A stretch of 64,000 nucleotides of DNA from Eledone cirrhosa (lineage: Eukaryota). The position numbers and the translations under genes are program-made. Shown in pieces: positions 1 to 13,100 of this stretch. A model generated the notes under the pieces. That model did no database searches, was not told the origin of the DNA, and saw only the letters and a program-made list of their open reading frames with translations. Location: contig OZ024740.1 in assembly GCA_964016885.1 (NCBI GenBank), forward strand, positions 425,754,001 to 425,818,000, in the 5' to 3' direction. Positions within the stretch are counted from its first letter, which is position 1. Each line of letters opens with the position of its first letter.

Positions 1-35
1 TATTCACGTTCTTCATTTCGTAAATCCTGCCAGAT

Positions 36-300
36 AAACACACACAAAAACATGTCCTACACACACACAAACATGCCACTCACACACAAACATGCCACGC
101 CCACCCATCCGACACACACACACACACCCACAAACATGCCCTAAACACACCCACACATAAACATGCCGCTCACACACACACTTACACATACCCAAAAACA
201 TATCCGCCACACACAAACATGCCCCCCCCCCACATACACTCACACCTACACAAACATACACACACACACACACACATATATATACACACACATTCTCTCT
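36..300. repeat. Degenerate (CA)n-rich microsatellite with recurrent AAACATGYC interruptions
   Basis: CA runs interrupted by aaacatg(t/c)c at 48, 69, 88, 132, 159 and 215; ends in short TA and CT runs. Confidence 0.85.
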
Positions 301-397
301 CCACTTTTTCATTCTTATTGTTTTTATTCCATTCTTTCCCCCTCCAATTTCCATGTCTCATTCAACCTCTTTATACATCTATCACGTTTTCTCAGCT

Positions 398-1037
398 GGT
401 GTGATATTCTCGCCAGTCACGCTCCACCGGGTGTGATATTCTCGCCAGTCACGCTCCACCGGGTGTGATATTCTCGCCAGTCACGCTCCACCGGGTGTGA
501 TATTCTCGCCAGTCACGCTTCACCGGGTGCGATATTCTCGCCAGTCACGCTCCACCGGGTGCGATATTCTCGCCAGTCAAGCTCCACCGGGTGTGATATT
601 CTCGCCAGTCACGCTCCACCGGGTGTGATATTCTCGCCAGTCACGCTCCACCGGGTGTGATATTCTCGCCAGTCACGCTCCACCGGGTGTGATATTCTCG
701 CCAGTCACGCTCCACCGGGTGTGATATTCTCGCCAGTCACGCTTCACCGGGTGCGATATTCTCGCCAGTCACGCTCCACCGGGTGCGATATTCTCGCCAG
801 TCAAGCTCCACCGGGTGTGATATTCTCGCCAGTCACGCTCCACCGGGTGTGATATTCTCGCCAGTCACGCTCCACCGGGTGTGATATTCTCGCCAGTCAC
901 GCTCCACCGGGTGTGATATTCTCGCCAGTCACGCTCCACCGGGTGTGATATTCTCGCCAGTCACGCTTCACCGGGTGCGATATTCTCGCCAGTCACGCTC
1001 CACCGGGTGTGATATTCTCGCCAGCCAAGCTCCACCG
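398..1037 (+). repeat. 32-bp GC-rich minisatellite, 20 copies (GGTGTGATATTCTCGCCAGTCACGCTCCACCG)
   Basis: Period 32 (gtgatattct at 401, 433, ...); 640 bp = 20 units; 19/32 GC; only a few substitutions; no spacers. Confidence 0.97.
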
Positions 1038-1144
1038 CCTCTACCCGAATCACATTTCGAAACAATGAGACAAAACAAACAAAAGAAGTTCGTTAGTACT
1101 AGCATATATCCACCTCCAAGTTTAAAACTATTCTACTATAAGTG

Positions 1145-4100
1145 AACCACATACACCACCCACGTTCCCCATCTATACAGCCTTCAATAGCCTATTTCTC
1201 TAACCACATACCCCACCCACGTTCCCCATCTATACAGCCTTCAATAGCTTATTTCTCTAACCACATACCCCACCTCCCGTTCCCCATCTATACAGCCTTC
1301 AATAGCCTATTTCTCTAACCACATACCCCACCTCCCGTTCCCCATCTATACAGCCTTCAATAGCCTATTTCTCTAACCACATACCCCACCCACGTTCCCC
1401 ATCTATACAGCCTTCAATAGCTTATTTCTCTAACCACATACCCCACCTCCCGTTCCCCATCTATACAGCCTTCAATAGCCTATTTCTCTAACCACTACAC
1501 CACCTCCCGTTCCCCATCTATACAGCCTTCAATAGCCTATTTCTCTAACCACATACCCCACCCACGTTCCCCATCTATACAGCCTTCAATAGCCTATTTC
1601 TCTAACCACATACCCCACCCACGTTCCCCATCTATACAGCCTTCAATAGCCTATTTCTCTAACCACTACACCACCTCCCGTTCCCCATCTATACAGCCTT
1701 CAATAGCCTATTTCTCTAACCACATACCCCACCCACGTTCCCCATCTATACAGCCTTCAATAGCCTATTTCTCTAACCACATACCCCACCCACGTTCCCC
1801 ATCTATACAGCCTTCAATAGCCTATTTCTCTAACCACATACCCCACCCACGTTCCCCATCTATACAGCCTTCAATAGCCTATTTCTCTAACCACTACACC
1901 ACCTCCCGTTCCCCATCTATACAGCCTTCAATAGCTTATTTCTCTAACCACATACCCCACCTCCCGTTCCCCATCTATACAGCCTTCAATAGCCTATTTC
2001 TCTAACCACTACACCACCTCCCGTTCCCCATCTATACAGCCTTCAATAGCCTATTTCTCTAACCACATACCCCACCCACGTTCCCCATCTATACAGCCTT
2101 CAATAGCCTATTTCTCTAACCACTACACCACCTCCCGTTCCCCATCTATACAGCCTTCAATAGCTTATTTCTCTAACCACTACACCACCTCCCGTTCCCC
2201 ATCTATACAGCCTTCAATAGCCTATTTCTCTAACCACATACCCCACCCACGTTCCCCATCTATACAGCCTTCAATAGCCTATTTCTCTAACCACATACCC
2301 CACCCACGTTCCCCATCTATACAGCCTTCAATAGCCTATTTCTCTAACCACATACCCCACCCACGTTCCCCATCTATACAGCCTTCAATAGCCTATTTCT
2401 CTAACCACTACACCACCTCCCGTTCCCCATCTATACAGCCTTCAATAGCTTATTTCTCTAACCACATACCCCACCTCCCGTTCCCCATCTATACAGCCTT
2501 CAATAGCCTATTTCTCTAACCACTACACCACCTCCCGTTCCCCATCTATACAGCCTTCAATAGCCTATTTCTCTAACCACATACCCCACCCACGTTCCCC
2601 ATCTATACAGCCTTCAATAGCCTATTTCTCTAACCACATACCCCACCCACGTTCCCCATCTATACAGCCTTCAATAGCCTATTTCTCTAACCACTACACC
2701 ACCTCCCGTTCCCCATCTATACAGCCTTCAATAGCCTATTTCTCTAACCACATACCCCACCCACGTTCCCCATCTATACAGCCTTCAATAGCCTATTTCT
2801 CTAACCACATACCCCACCCACGTTCCCCATCTATACAGCCTTCAATAGCCTATTTCTCTAAGCACTACACCACCTCCCGTTCCCCATCTATACAGCCTTC
2901 AATAGCTTATTTCTCTAACCACTACACCACCTCCCGTTCCCCATCTATACAGCCTTCAATAGCCTATTTCTCTAACCACTACACCACCTCCCGTTCCCCA
3001 TCTATACAGCCTTCAATAGCCTATTTCTCTAACCACATACCCCACCCACGTTCCCCATCTATACAGCCTTCAATAGCCTATTTCTCTAACCACATACCCC
3101 ACCCACGTTCCCCATCTATACAGCCTTCAATAGCCTATTTCTCTAACCACTACACCACCTCCCGTTCCCCATCTATACAGCCTTCAATAGCCTATTTCTC
3201 TAACCACATACCCCACCCACGTTCCCCATCTATACAGCCTTCAATAGCCTATTTCTCTAACCACATACCCCACCCACGTTCCCCATCTATACAGCCTTCA
3301 ATAGCCTATTTCTCTAACCACATACCCCACCCACGTTCCCCATCTATACAGCCTTCAATAGCCTATTTCTCTAACCACTACACCACCTCCCGTTCCCCAT
3401 CTATACAGCCTTCAATAGCTTATTTCTCTAACCACATACCCCACCTCCCGTTCCCCATCTATACAGCCTTCAATAGCCTATTTCTCTAACCACTACACCA
3501 CCTCCCGTTCCCCATCTATACAGCCTTCAATAGCCTATTTCTCTAACCACATACCCCACCCACGTTCCCCATCTATACAGCCTTCAATAGCCTATTTCTC
3601 TAACCACATACCCCACCCACGTTCCCCATCTATACAGCCTTCAATAGCCTATTTCTCTAACCACTACACCACCTCCCGTTCCCCATCTATACAGCCTTCA
3701 ATAGCCTATTTCTCTAACCACATACCCCACCCACGTTCCCCATCTATACAGCCTTCAATAGCCTATTTCTCTAACCACATACCCCACCCACGTTCCCCAT
3801 CTATACAGCCTTCAATAGCCTATTTCTCTAACCACTACACCACCTCCCGTTCCCCATCTATACAGCCTTCAATAGCCTATTTCTCTAACCACATACCCCA
3901 CCCACGTTCCCCATCTATACAGCCTTCAATAGCCTATTTCTCTAACCACATACCCCACCCACGTTCCCCATCTATACAGCCTTCAATAGCCTATTTCTCT
4001 AACCACTACACCACCTCCCGTTCCCCATCTATACAGCCTTCAATAGCCTATTTCTCTAACCACATACCCCACCCGCGTTCCCCATCTATACAGCCTTCAA

Positions 4101-7100
4101 TAGCCTATTTCTCTAACCACATACCCCACCCACGTTCCCCATCTATACAGCCTTCAATAGCCTATTTCTCTAACCACATACCCCACCCACGTTCCCCATC
4201 TATACAGCCTTCAATAGCCTATTTCTCTAACCACATACCCCACCCACGTTCCCCATCTATACAGCCTTCAATAGCCTATTTCTCTAACCACATACCCCAC
4301 CTCCTGTTCCCCATCTATACAGCCTTCAATAGCCTATTTCTCTAACCACTACACCACCTCCCGTTCCCCATCTATACAGCCTTCAATAGCCTATTTCTCT
4401 AACCACATACCCCACCCACGTTCCCCATCTATACAGCCTTCAATAGCCTATTTCTCTAACCACTACACCACCTCCCGTTCCCCATCTATACAGCCTTCAA
4501 TAGCTTATTTCTCTAACCACATACCCCACCTCCCGTTCCCCATCTATACAGCCTTCAATAGCCTATTTCTCTAACCACTACACCACCTCCCGTTCGCCAT
4601 CTATACAGTCTTCAATAGCCTATTTCTCTAACCACTACACCACCTCCTGTTCCCCATCTATACAGCCTTCAATAGCTTATTTCTCTAACCACTACACCAC
4701 CTCCTGTTCCCCATCTATACAGCCTTCAATAGCCTATTTCTCTAACCACTACACCACCTCCCGTTCCCCATCTATACAGCCTTCAATAGCCTATTTCTCT
4801 AACCACTACACCACCTCCTGTTCCCCATCTATACAGCCTTCAATAGCCTATTTCTCTAACCACTACACCACCTCCCGTTCCCCATCTATACAGCCTTCAA
4901 TAGCCTATTTCTCTAACCACTACACCACCTCCCGTTCCCCATCTATACAGCCTTCAATAGCCTATTTCTCTAACCACATACCCCACCCACGTTCCCCATC
5001 TATACAGCCTTCAATAGCCTATTTCTCTAACCACATACCCCACCCACGTTCCCCATCTATACAGCCTTCAATAGCCTATTTCTCTAACCACTACACCACC
5101 TCCCGTTCCCCATCTATACAGCCTTCAATAGCCTATTTCTCTAACCACTACACCACCTCCCGTTCCCCATCTATACAGCCTTCAATAGCCTATTTCTCTA
5201 ACCACATACCCCACCCACGTTCCCCATCTATACAGCCTTCAATAGCCTATTTCTCTAACCACATACCCCACCTCCCGTTCCCCATCTATACAGCCTTCAA
5301 TAGCCTATTTCTCTAACCACATACCCCACCCACGTTCCCCATCTATACAGCCTTCAATAGCCTATTTCTCTAACCACATACCCCACCCACGTTCCCCATC
5401 TATACAGCCTTCAATAGCCTATTTCTCTAACCACTACACCACCTCCCGTTCCCCATCTATACAGCCTTCAATAGCCTATTTCTCTAACCACATACCCCAC
5501 CCATGTTCCCCATCTATACAGCCTTCAATAGCCTATTTCTCTAACCACATACCCCACCAACGTTCCCCATCTATACAGCCTTCAATAGCCTATTTCTCTA
5601 ACCACATACCACACCCACGTTCCCCATCTATACAGCCTTCAATAGCCTATTTCTCTAACCACTACACAACCTCCCGTTCCCCATCTATACAGCCTTCAAT
5701 AGCCTATTTCTCTAACCACTACACCACCTCCCGTTCCCCATCTATACAGCCTTCAATAGCCTATTTCTCTAACCACATACCCCACCCACGTTCCCCATCT
5801 ATACAGCCTTCAATAGCCTATTTCTCTAACCACATACCCCACCTCCCGTTCCCCATCTATACAGCCTTCAATAGCCTATTTCTCTAACCACTACACCACC
5901 TCCCGTTCCCCATCTATACAGCCTTCAATAGCCTATTTCTCTAACCACATACCCCACCCACGTTCCCCATCTATACAGCCTTCAATAGCCTATTTCTCTA
6001 ACCACATACCCCACCCACGTTCCCCATCTATACAGCCTTCAATAGCCTATTTCTCTAACCACATACCCCACCTCCCGTTCCCCATCTATACAGCCTTCAA
6101 TAGCCTATTTCTCTAACCACATACCCCACCCACGTTCCCCATCTATACAGCCTTCAATAGCCTATTTCTCTAACCACATACACCACCTCCCGTTCCCCAT
6201 CTATACAGCCTTCAATAGCTTATTTCTCTAACCACTACACCACCTCCTGTTCCCCATCTATACAGCCTTCAATAGCCTATTTCTCTAACCACTACACCAC
6301 CTCCCGTTCCCCATCTATACAGCCTTCAATAGCCTATTTCTCTAACCACATACCCCACCCATGTTCCCCATCTATACAGCCTTCAATAGCCTATTTCTCT
6401 AACCACATACCCCACCCACGTTCCCCATCTATACAGCCTTCAATAGCCTATTTCTCTAACCACATACCCCACCCACGTTCCCCATCTATACAGCCTTCAA
6501 TAGCCTATTTCTCTAACCACTACACCACCTCCCGTTCCCCATCTATACAGCCTTCAATAGCCTATTTCTCTAACCACATACCCCACCTCCCGTTCCCCAT
6601 CTATACAGCCTTCAATAGCCTATTTCTCTAACCACATACCCCACCCACGTTCCCCATCTATACAGCCTTCAATAGCCTATTTCTCTAACCACATACCCCA
6701 CCTCCCGTTCCCCATCTATACAGCCTTCAATAGCCTATTTCTCTAACCACATACCCCACCCACGTTCCCCATCTATACAGCCTTCAATAGCCTATTTCTC
6801 TAACCACATACACCACCTCCCGTTCCCCATCTATACAGCCTTCAATAGCCTATTTCTCTAACCACATACCCCACCCACGTTCCCCATCTATACAGCCTTC
6901 AATAGCTTATTTCTCTAACCACTACACCACCTCCTGTTCCCCATCTATACAGCCTTCAATAGCCTATTTCTCTAACCACTACACCACCTCCCGTTCCCCA
7001 TCTATACAGCCTTCAATAGCCTATTTCTCTAACCACTACACCACCTCCCGTTCCCCATCTATACAGCCTTCAATAGCCTATTTCTCTAACCACATACACC

Positions 7101-10100
7101 ACCTCCCGTTCCCCATTTATACAGCCTTCAATAGCCTATTTCTCTAACCACATACCCCACCCACGTTCCCCATCTATACAGCCTTCAATAGCCTATTTCT
7201 CTAACCACTACACCACCTCCCGTTCCCCATCTATACAGCCTTCAATAGCCTATTTCTCTAACCACATACCCCACCCACGTTCCCCATCTATACAGCCTTC
7301 AATAGCCTATTTCTCTAACCACTACACCACCTCCCGTTCCCCATCTATACAGCCTTCAATAGCCTATTTCTCTAACCACATACCCCACCCACGTTCCCCA
7401 TCTATACAGCCTTCAATAGCCTATTTCTCTAACCACTACACCACCTCCCGTTCCCCATCTATACAGCCTTCAATAGCCTATTTCTCTAACCACATACCCC
7501 ACCCACGTTCCCCATCTATACAGCCTTCAATAGCCTATTTCTCTAACCACATACCCCACCCACGTTCCCCATCTATACAGCCTTCAATAGCCTATTTCTC
7601 TAACCACTACACCACCTCCCGTTCCCCATCTATACAGCCTTCAATAGCCTATTTCTCTAACCACATACCCCACCCACGTTCCCCATCTATACAGCCTTCA
7701 ATAGCCTATTTCTCTAACCACATACCCCACCCACGTTCCCCATCTATACAGCCTTCAATAGCCTATTTCTCTAACCACATACCCCACCCACGTTCCCCAT
7801 CTATACAGCCTTCAATAGCCTATTTCTCTAACCACTACCCCACCTCCCGTTCCCCATCTATACAGCCTTCAATAGCCTATTTCTCTAACCACACACCCCA
7901 CCCACGTTCCCCATCTATACAGCCTTCAATAGCCTATTTCTCTAACCACTACACCACCTCCCGTTCCCCAACTATACAGCCTTCAATAGCCTATTTCTCT
8001 AACCACATACCCCACCTCCCGTTCCCCATCTATACAGCCTTCAATAGCCTATTTCTCTAACCACATACCCCACCTCCCGTTCCCCATCTATACAGCCTTC
8101 AATAGCCTATTTCTCTAACCACATACCCCACCCACGTTCCCCATCTATACAGCCTTCAATAGCCTATTTCTCTAACCACTACACCACCTCCCGTTCCCCA
8201 TCTATACAGCCTTCAATAGCCTATTTCTCTAACCACATACCCCACCCACGTTCCCCATCTATACAGCCTTCAATAGCCTATTTCTCTAACCACATACCCC
8301 ACCCACGTTCCCCATCTATACAGCCTTCAATAGCCTATTTCTCTAACCACATACCCCACCCACGTTCCCCATCTATACAGCCTTCAATAGCTTATTTCTC
8401 TAACCACATACCCCACCTCCCGTTCCCCATCTATACAGCCTTCAATAGCCTATTTCTCTAACCACATACCCCACCCACGTTCCCCATCTATACAGCCTTC
8501 AATAGCCTATTTCTCTAACCACATACCCCACCCATGTTCCCCATCTATACAGCCTTCAATAGCCTATTTCTCTAACCACATACCCCACCCACGTTCCCCA
8601 TCTATACAGCCTTCAATAGCCTATTTCTCTAACCACATACCCCACCCACGTTCCCCATCTATACAGCCTTCAATAGCCTATTTCTCTAACCACATACCCC
8701 ACCCACGTTCCCCATCTATACAGCCTTCAATAGCCTATTTCTCTAACCACATACCCCACCTCCCGTTCCCCATCTATACAGCCTTCAATAGCCTATTTCT
8801 CTAACCACATACCCCACCCACGTTCCCCATCTATACAGCCTTCAATAGCCTATTTCTCTAACCACATACCCCACCCACGTTCCCCATCTATACAGCCTTC
8901 AATAGCCTATTTCTCTAACCACTACACCACCTCCCGTTCCCCATCTATACAACCTTCAATAGCCTATTTCTCTAACCACATACCCCACCTCCCGTTCCCC
9001 ATCTATACAGCCTTCAATAGCCTATTTCTCTAACCACATACCCCACCTCCCGTTCCCCATCTATACAGCCTTCAATAGCCTATTTCTCTAACCACATACC
9101 CCACCTCCCGTTCCCCATCTATACAGCCTTCAATAGCCTATTTCTCTAACCACATACCCCACCCACGTTCCCCATCTATACAGCCTTCAATAGCTTATTT
9201 CTCTAACCACATACCCCACCCATGTTCCCCATCTATACAGCCTTCAATAGCCTATTTCTCTAACCACTACACCACCTCCCGTTCCCCATCTATACAGCCT
9301 TCAATAGCCTATTTCTCTAACCACTACACCACCTCCCGTTCCCCATCTATACAGCCTTCAATAGCCTATTTCTCTAACCACATACCCCACCTCCCGTTCC
9401 CCATCTATACAGCCTTCAATAGCCTATTTCTCTAACCACTACACCACCTCCCGTTCCCCATCTATACAGCCTTCAATAGCCTATTTCTCTAACCACTACA
9501 CCACCTCCCGTTCCCCATCTATACAGCCTTCAATAGCCTATTTCTCTAACCACATACCCCACCTCCCGTTCCCCATCTATACAGCCTTCAATAGCCTATT
9601 TCTCTAACCACATACCCCACCCACGTTCCCCATCTATACAGCCTTCAATAGCCTATTTCTCTAACCACATACCCCACCCACGTTCCCCATCTATACAGCC
9701 TTCAATAGCCTATTTCTCTAACCACATACCCCACCCACGTTCCCCATCTATACAGCCTTCAATAGCCTATTTCTCTAACCACATACCCCACCCACGTTCC
9801 CCATCTATACAGCCTTCAATAGCCTATTTCTCTAACCACATACCCCACCCACGTTCCCCATCTATACAGCCTTCAATAGCTTATTTCTCTAACCACATAC
9901 CCCACCTCCCGTTCCCCATCTATACAGCCTTCAATAGCCTATTTCTCTAACCACATACACCACCTCCCGTTCCCCATCTATACAGCCTTCAATAGCCTAT
10001 TTCTCTAACCACTACACCACCTCCCGTTCCCCATCTATACAGCCTTCAATAGCCTATTTCTCTAACCACATACCCCACCCACGTTCCCCATCTATACAGC

Positions 10101-13100
10101 CTTCAATAGCCTATTTCTCTAACCACATACCCCACCCATGTTCCCCATCTATACAGCCTTCAATAGCTTATTTCTCTAACCACATACCCCACCTCCCGTT
10201 CCCCATCTATACAGCCTTCAATAGCCTATTTCTCTAACCACTACACCACCTCCCGTTCCCCATCTATACAGCCTTCAATAGCCTATTTCTCTAACCACAT
10301 ACCCCACCCACGTTCCCCATCTATACAGCCTTCAATAGCCTATTTCTCTAACCACATACCCCACCTCCCGTTCCCCATCTATACAGCCTTCAATAGCCTA
10401 TTTCTCTAACCACATACCCCACCCACGTTCCCCATCTATACAGCCTTCAATAGCTTATTTCTCTAACCACATACCCCACCCACGTTCCCCATCTATACAG
10501 CCTTCAATAGCCTATTTCTCTAACCACATACCCCACCCACGTTCCCCATCTATACAGCCTTCAATAGCCTATTTCTCTAACCACATACCCCACCTCCCGT
10601 TCCCCATCTATACAGCCTTCAATAGCTTATTTCTCTAACCACATACCCCACCTCCGTTCCCCATCTATACAGCCTTCAATAGCCTATTTCTCTAACCACA
10701 TACCCCACCCACGTTCCCCATCTATACAGCCTTCAATAGCCTATTTCTCTAACCACATACCCCACCTCCCGTTCCCCATCTATACAGCCTTCAATAGCTT
10801 ATTTCTCTAACCACATACCCCACCTCACCGTTCCCCCATCTATACAGCCTTCAATAGCCTATTTCTCTAACCACATACCCCAACCCACGTTCCCCATCTA
10901 TACAGCCTTCAATAGCATTTCTCTAACCACATACCCCACCCACGTTCCCCATCTATACAGCCTTCAATAGCCTATTTCTCTAACCACATACCCACCTCCC
11001 GTTCCCCATCTATACAGCCTTCAATAGCCTATTTCTCTAACCACATACCCCACCTCCCGTTCCCCATCTATACAGCCTTCAATAGCCTATTTCTCTAACC
11101 ACATACCCCACCTCCGTTCCCCATCTATACAGCCTTCAATAGCCTATTTCTCTAACCACATACCCCACCCACGTTCCCCATCTATACAGCCTTCAATAGC
11201 CTATTTCTCTAACCACATACCCCACCTCACGTTCCCCATCTATACAGCCTTCAATAGCCTATTTCTCTAACCACATACCCCACCTCCCGTTCCCCATCTA
11301 TACAGCCTTCAATAGCCTATTTCTCTAACCACATACCCCACCCACCGTTCCCCATCTATACAGCCTTCAATAGCCTTATTTCTCTAACCACATACCCCAC
11401 CCACGTTCCCCATCTATACAGCCTTCAATAGCCTATTTCTCTAACCACATACCCCACCTCCCGTTCCCCATCTATACAGCCTTCAATAGCCTATTTCTCT
11501 AACCACATACCCCACCTCCGTTCCCCATCTATACAGCCTTCAATAGCCTATTTCTCTAACCACATACCCACCTCCCGTTCCCCATCTATACAGCCTTCAA
11601 TAGCCTATTTCTCTAACCACATACCCCACCCACGTTCCCCATCTATACAGCCTTCAATAGCCTATTTCTCTAACCACTACACCCACCCTCCCGTTCCCCA
11701 TCTATACAGCCTTCAATAGCCTATTTCTCTAACCACATACCCCACCCACGTTCCCCCATCTATACAGCCTTCAATAGCCTATTTCTCTAACCACATACCC
11801 CACCCACGTTCCCCATCTATACAGCCTTCATAGCCTATTTCTCTAACCACTACAACACCTCCCGTTCCCCATCTATACAGCCTTCAATAGCCTATTTCTC
11901 TAACCACATACCCCACCTCCCGTTCCCCATCTATACAGCCTTCAATAGCCTATTTCTCTAACCACATACCCCACCTCACGTTCCCCATCTATACAGCCTT
12001 CAATAGCCTATTTCTCTAACCACATACCCCACCTCACGTTCCCCATCTATACAGCCTTCAATAGCCTATTTCTCTAACCACTACCCCACCTCCGTTCCCC
12101 ATCTATACAGCCTTCAATAGCCTATTTCTCTAACCACATACCCCACCCACGTTCCCCATCTATACAGCCTTCAATAGCCTATTTCTCTAACCACATACAC
12201 CACCACCCGTTCCCCATCTATACAGCCTTCAATAGCTATTTCTCTAACCACATACCCCACCCACGTTCCCCATCTATACAGCCTTCAATAGCCTATTTCT
12301 CTAACCACTACACCACCTCCCGTTCCCCATCTATACAGCCTTCAATAGCCTATTTCTCTAACCACATACCCCACCCACGTTCCCCATCTATACAGCCTTC
12401 AATAGCCTATTTCTCTAACCACATACCCCACCCACGTTCCCCATCTATACAGCCTTCAATAGCCTATTTCTCTAACCACATACCACCCACGCCCCATCTT
12501 ACAGCCTCAAGCTATTCTACCCTCCCCCTCCGTCCCTATACAGCCTTCAATAGCCTATTTCTCTAACCACATACCCCACCCACGTTCCCCATCTATACAG
12601 CCTTCAATAGCCTATTTCTCTAACCACTACCCACCTCCGTTCCCCATCTATACAGCTTCAATAGCCTATTTCTCTAACCACATACCCCACCCACGTTCCC
12701 CATCTATACAGCCTTCAATAGCCTATTTCTCTAACCACATACCCCACCTCCGTTCCCCATCTATACAGCCTTCAATAGCCTATTTCTCTAACCACATACC
12801 CCACCTCCCGTTCCCCATCTATACAGCCTTCAATAGCCTATTTCTCTAACCACATACCCCACCCTCCGTTCCCCATCTATACAGCCTTCAATAGCCTATT
12901 TCTCTAACCACATACCCCACCTCCCGTTCCCCATCTATACAGCCTTCAATAGCCTATTTCTCTAACCACATACCCCACCCCGTTCCCCATCTATACAGCC
13001 TTCAATAGCCTATTTCTCTAACCACATACCCCACCCACGTTCCCCATCTATACAGCCTTCAATAGCTTATTTCTCTAACCACATACCCCACCACGTTCCC

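Noticed and set aside
13-468. ORFs rich in VC/HT dipeptides
   Set aside because: Translations of CA/TG microsatellite.
398-1037. 32-bp repeat as a CRISPR repeat or coding repeat (ORFs 163-468, 945-1145)
   Set aside because: Units abut with no spacers; 32 is not a multiple of 3, so frames hit TGA within a few units.
1200-1205. CTAACC in each unit, a permuted TTAGGG telomere hexamer
   Set aside because: One 6-mer per unit is easily chance in C/A-rich DNA; no tandem telomeric repeats, and non-satellite sequence flanks both ends.
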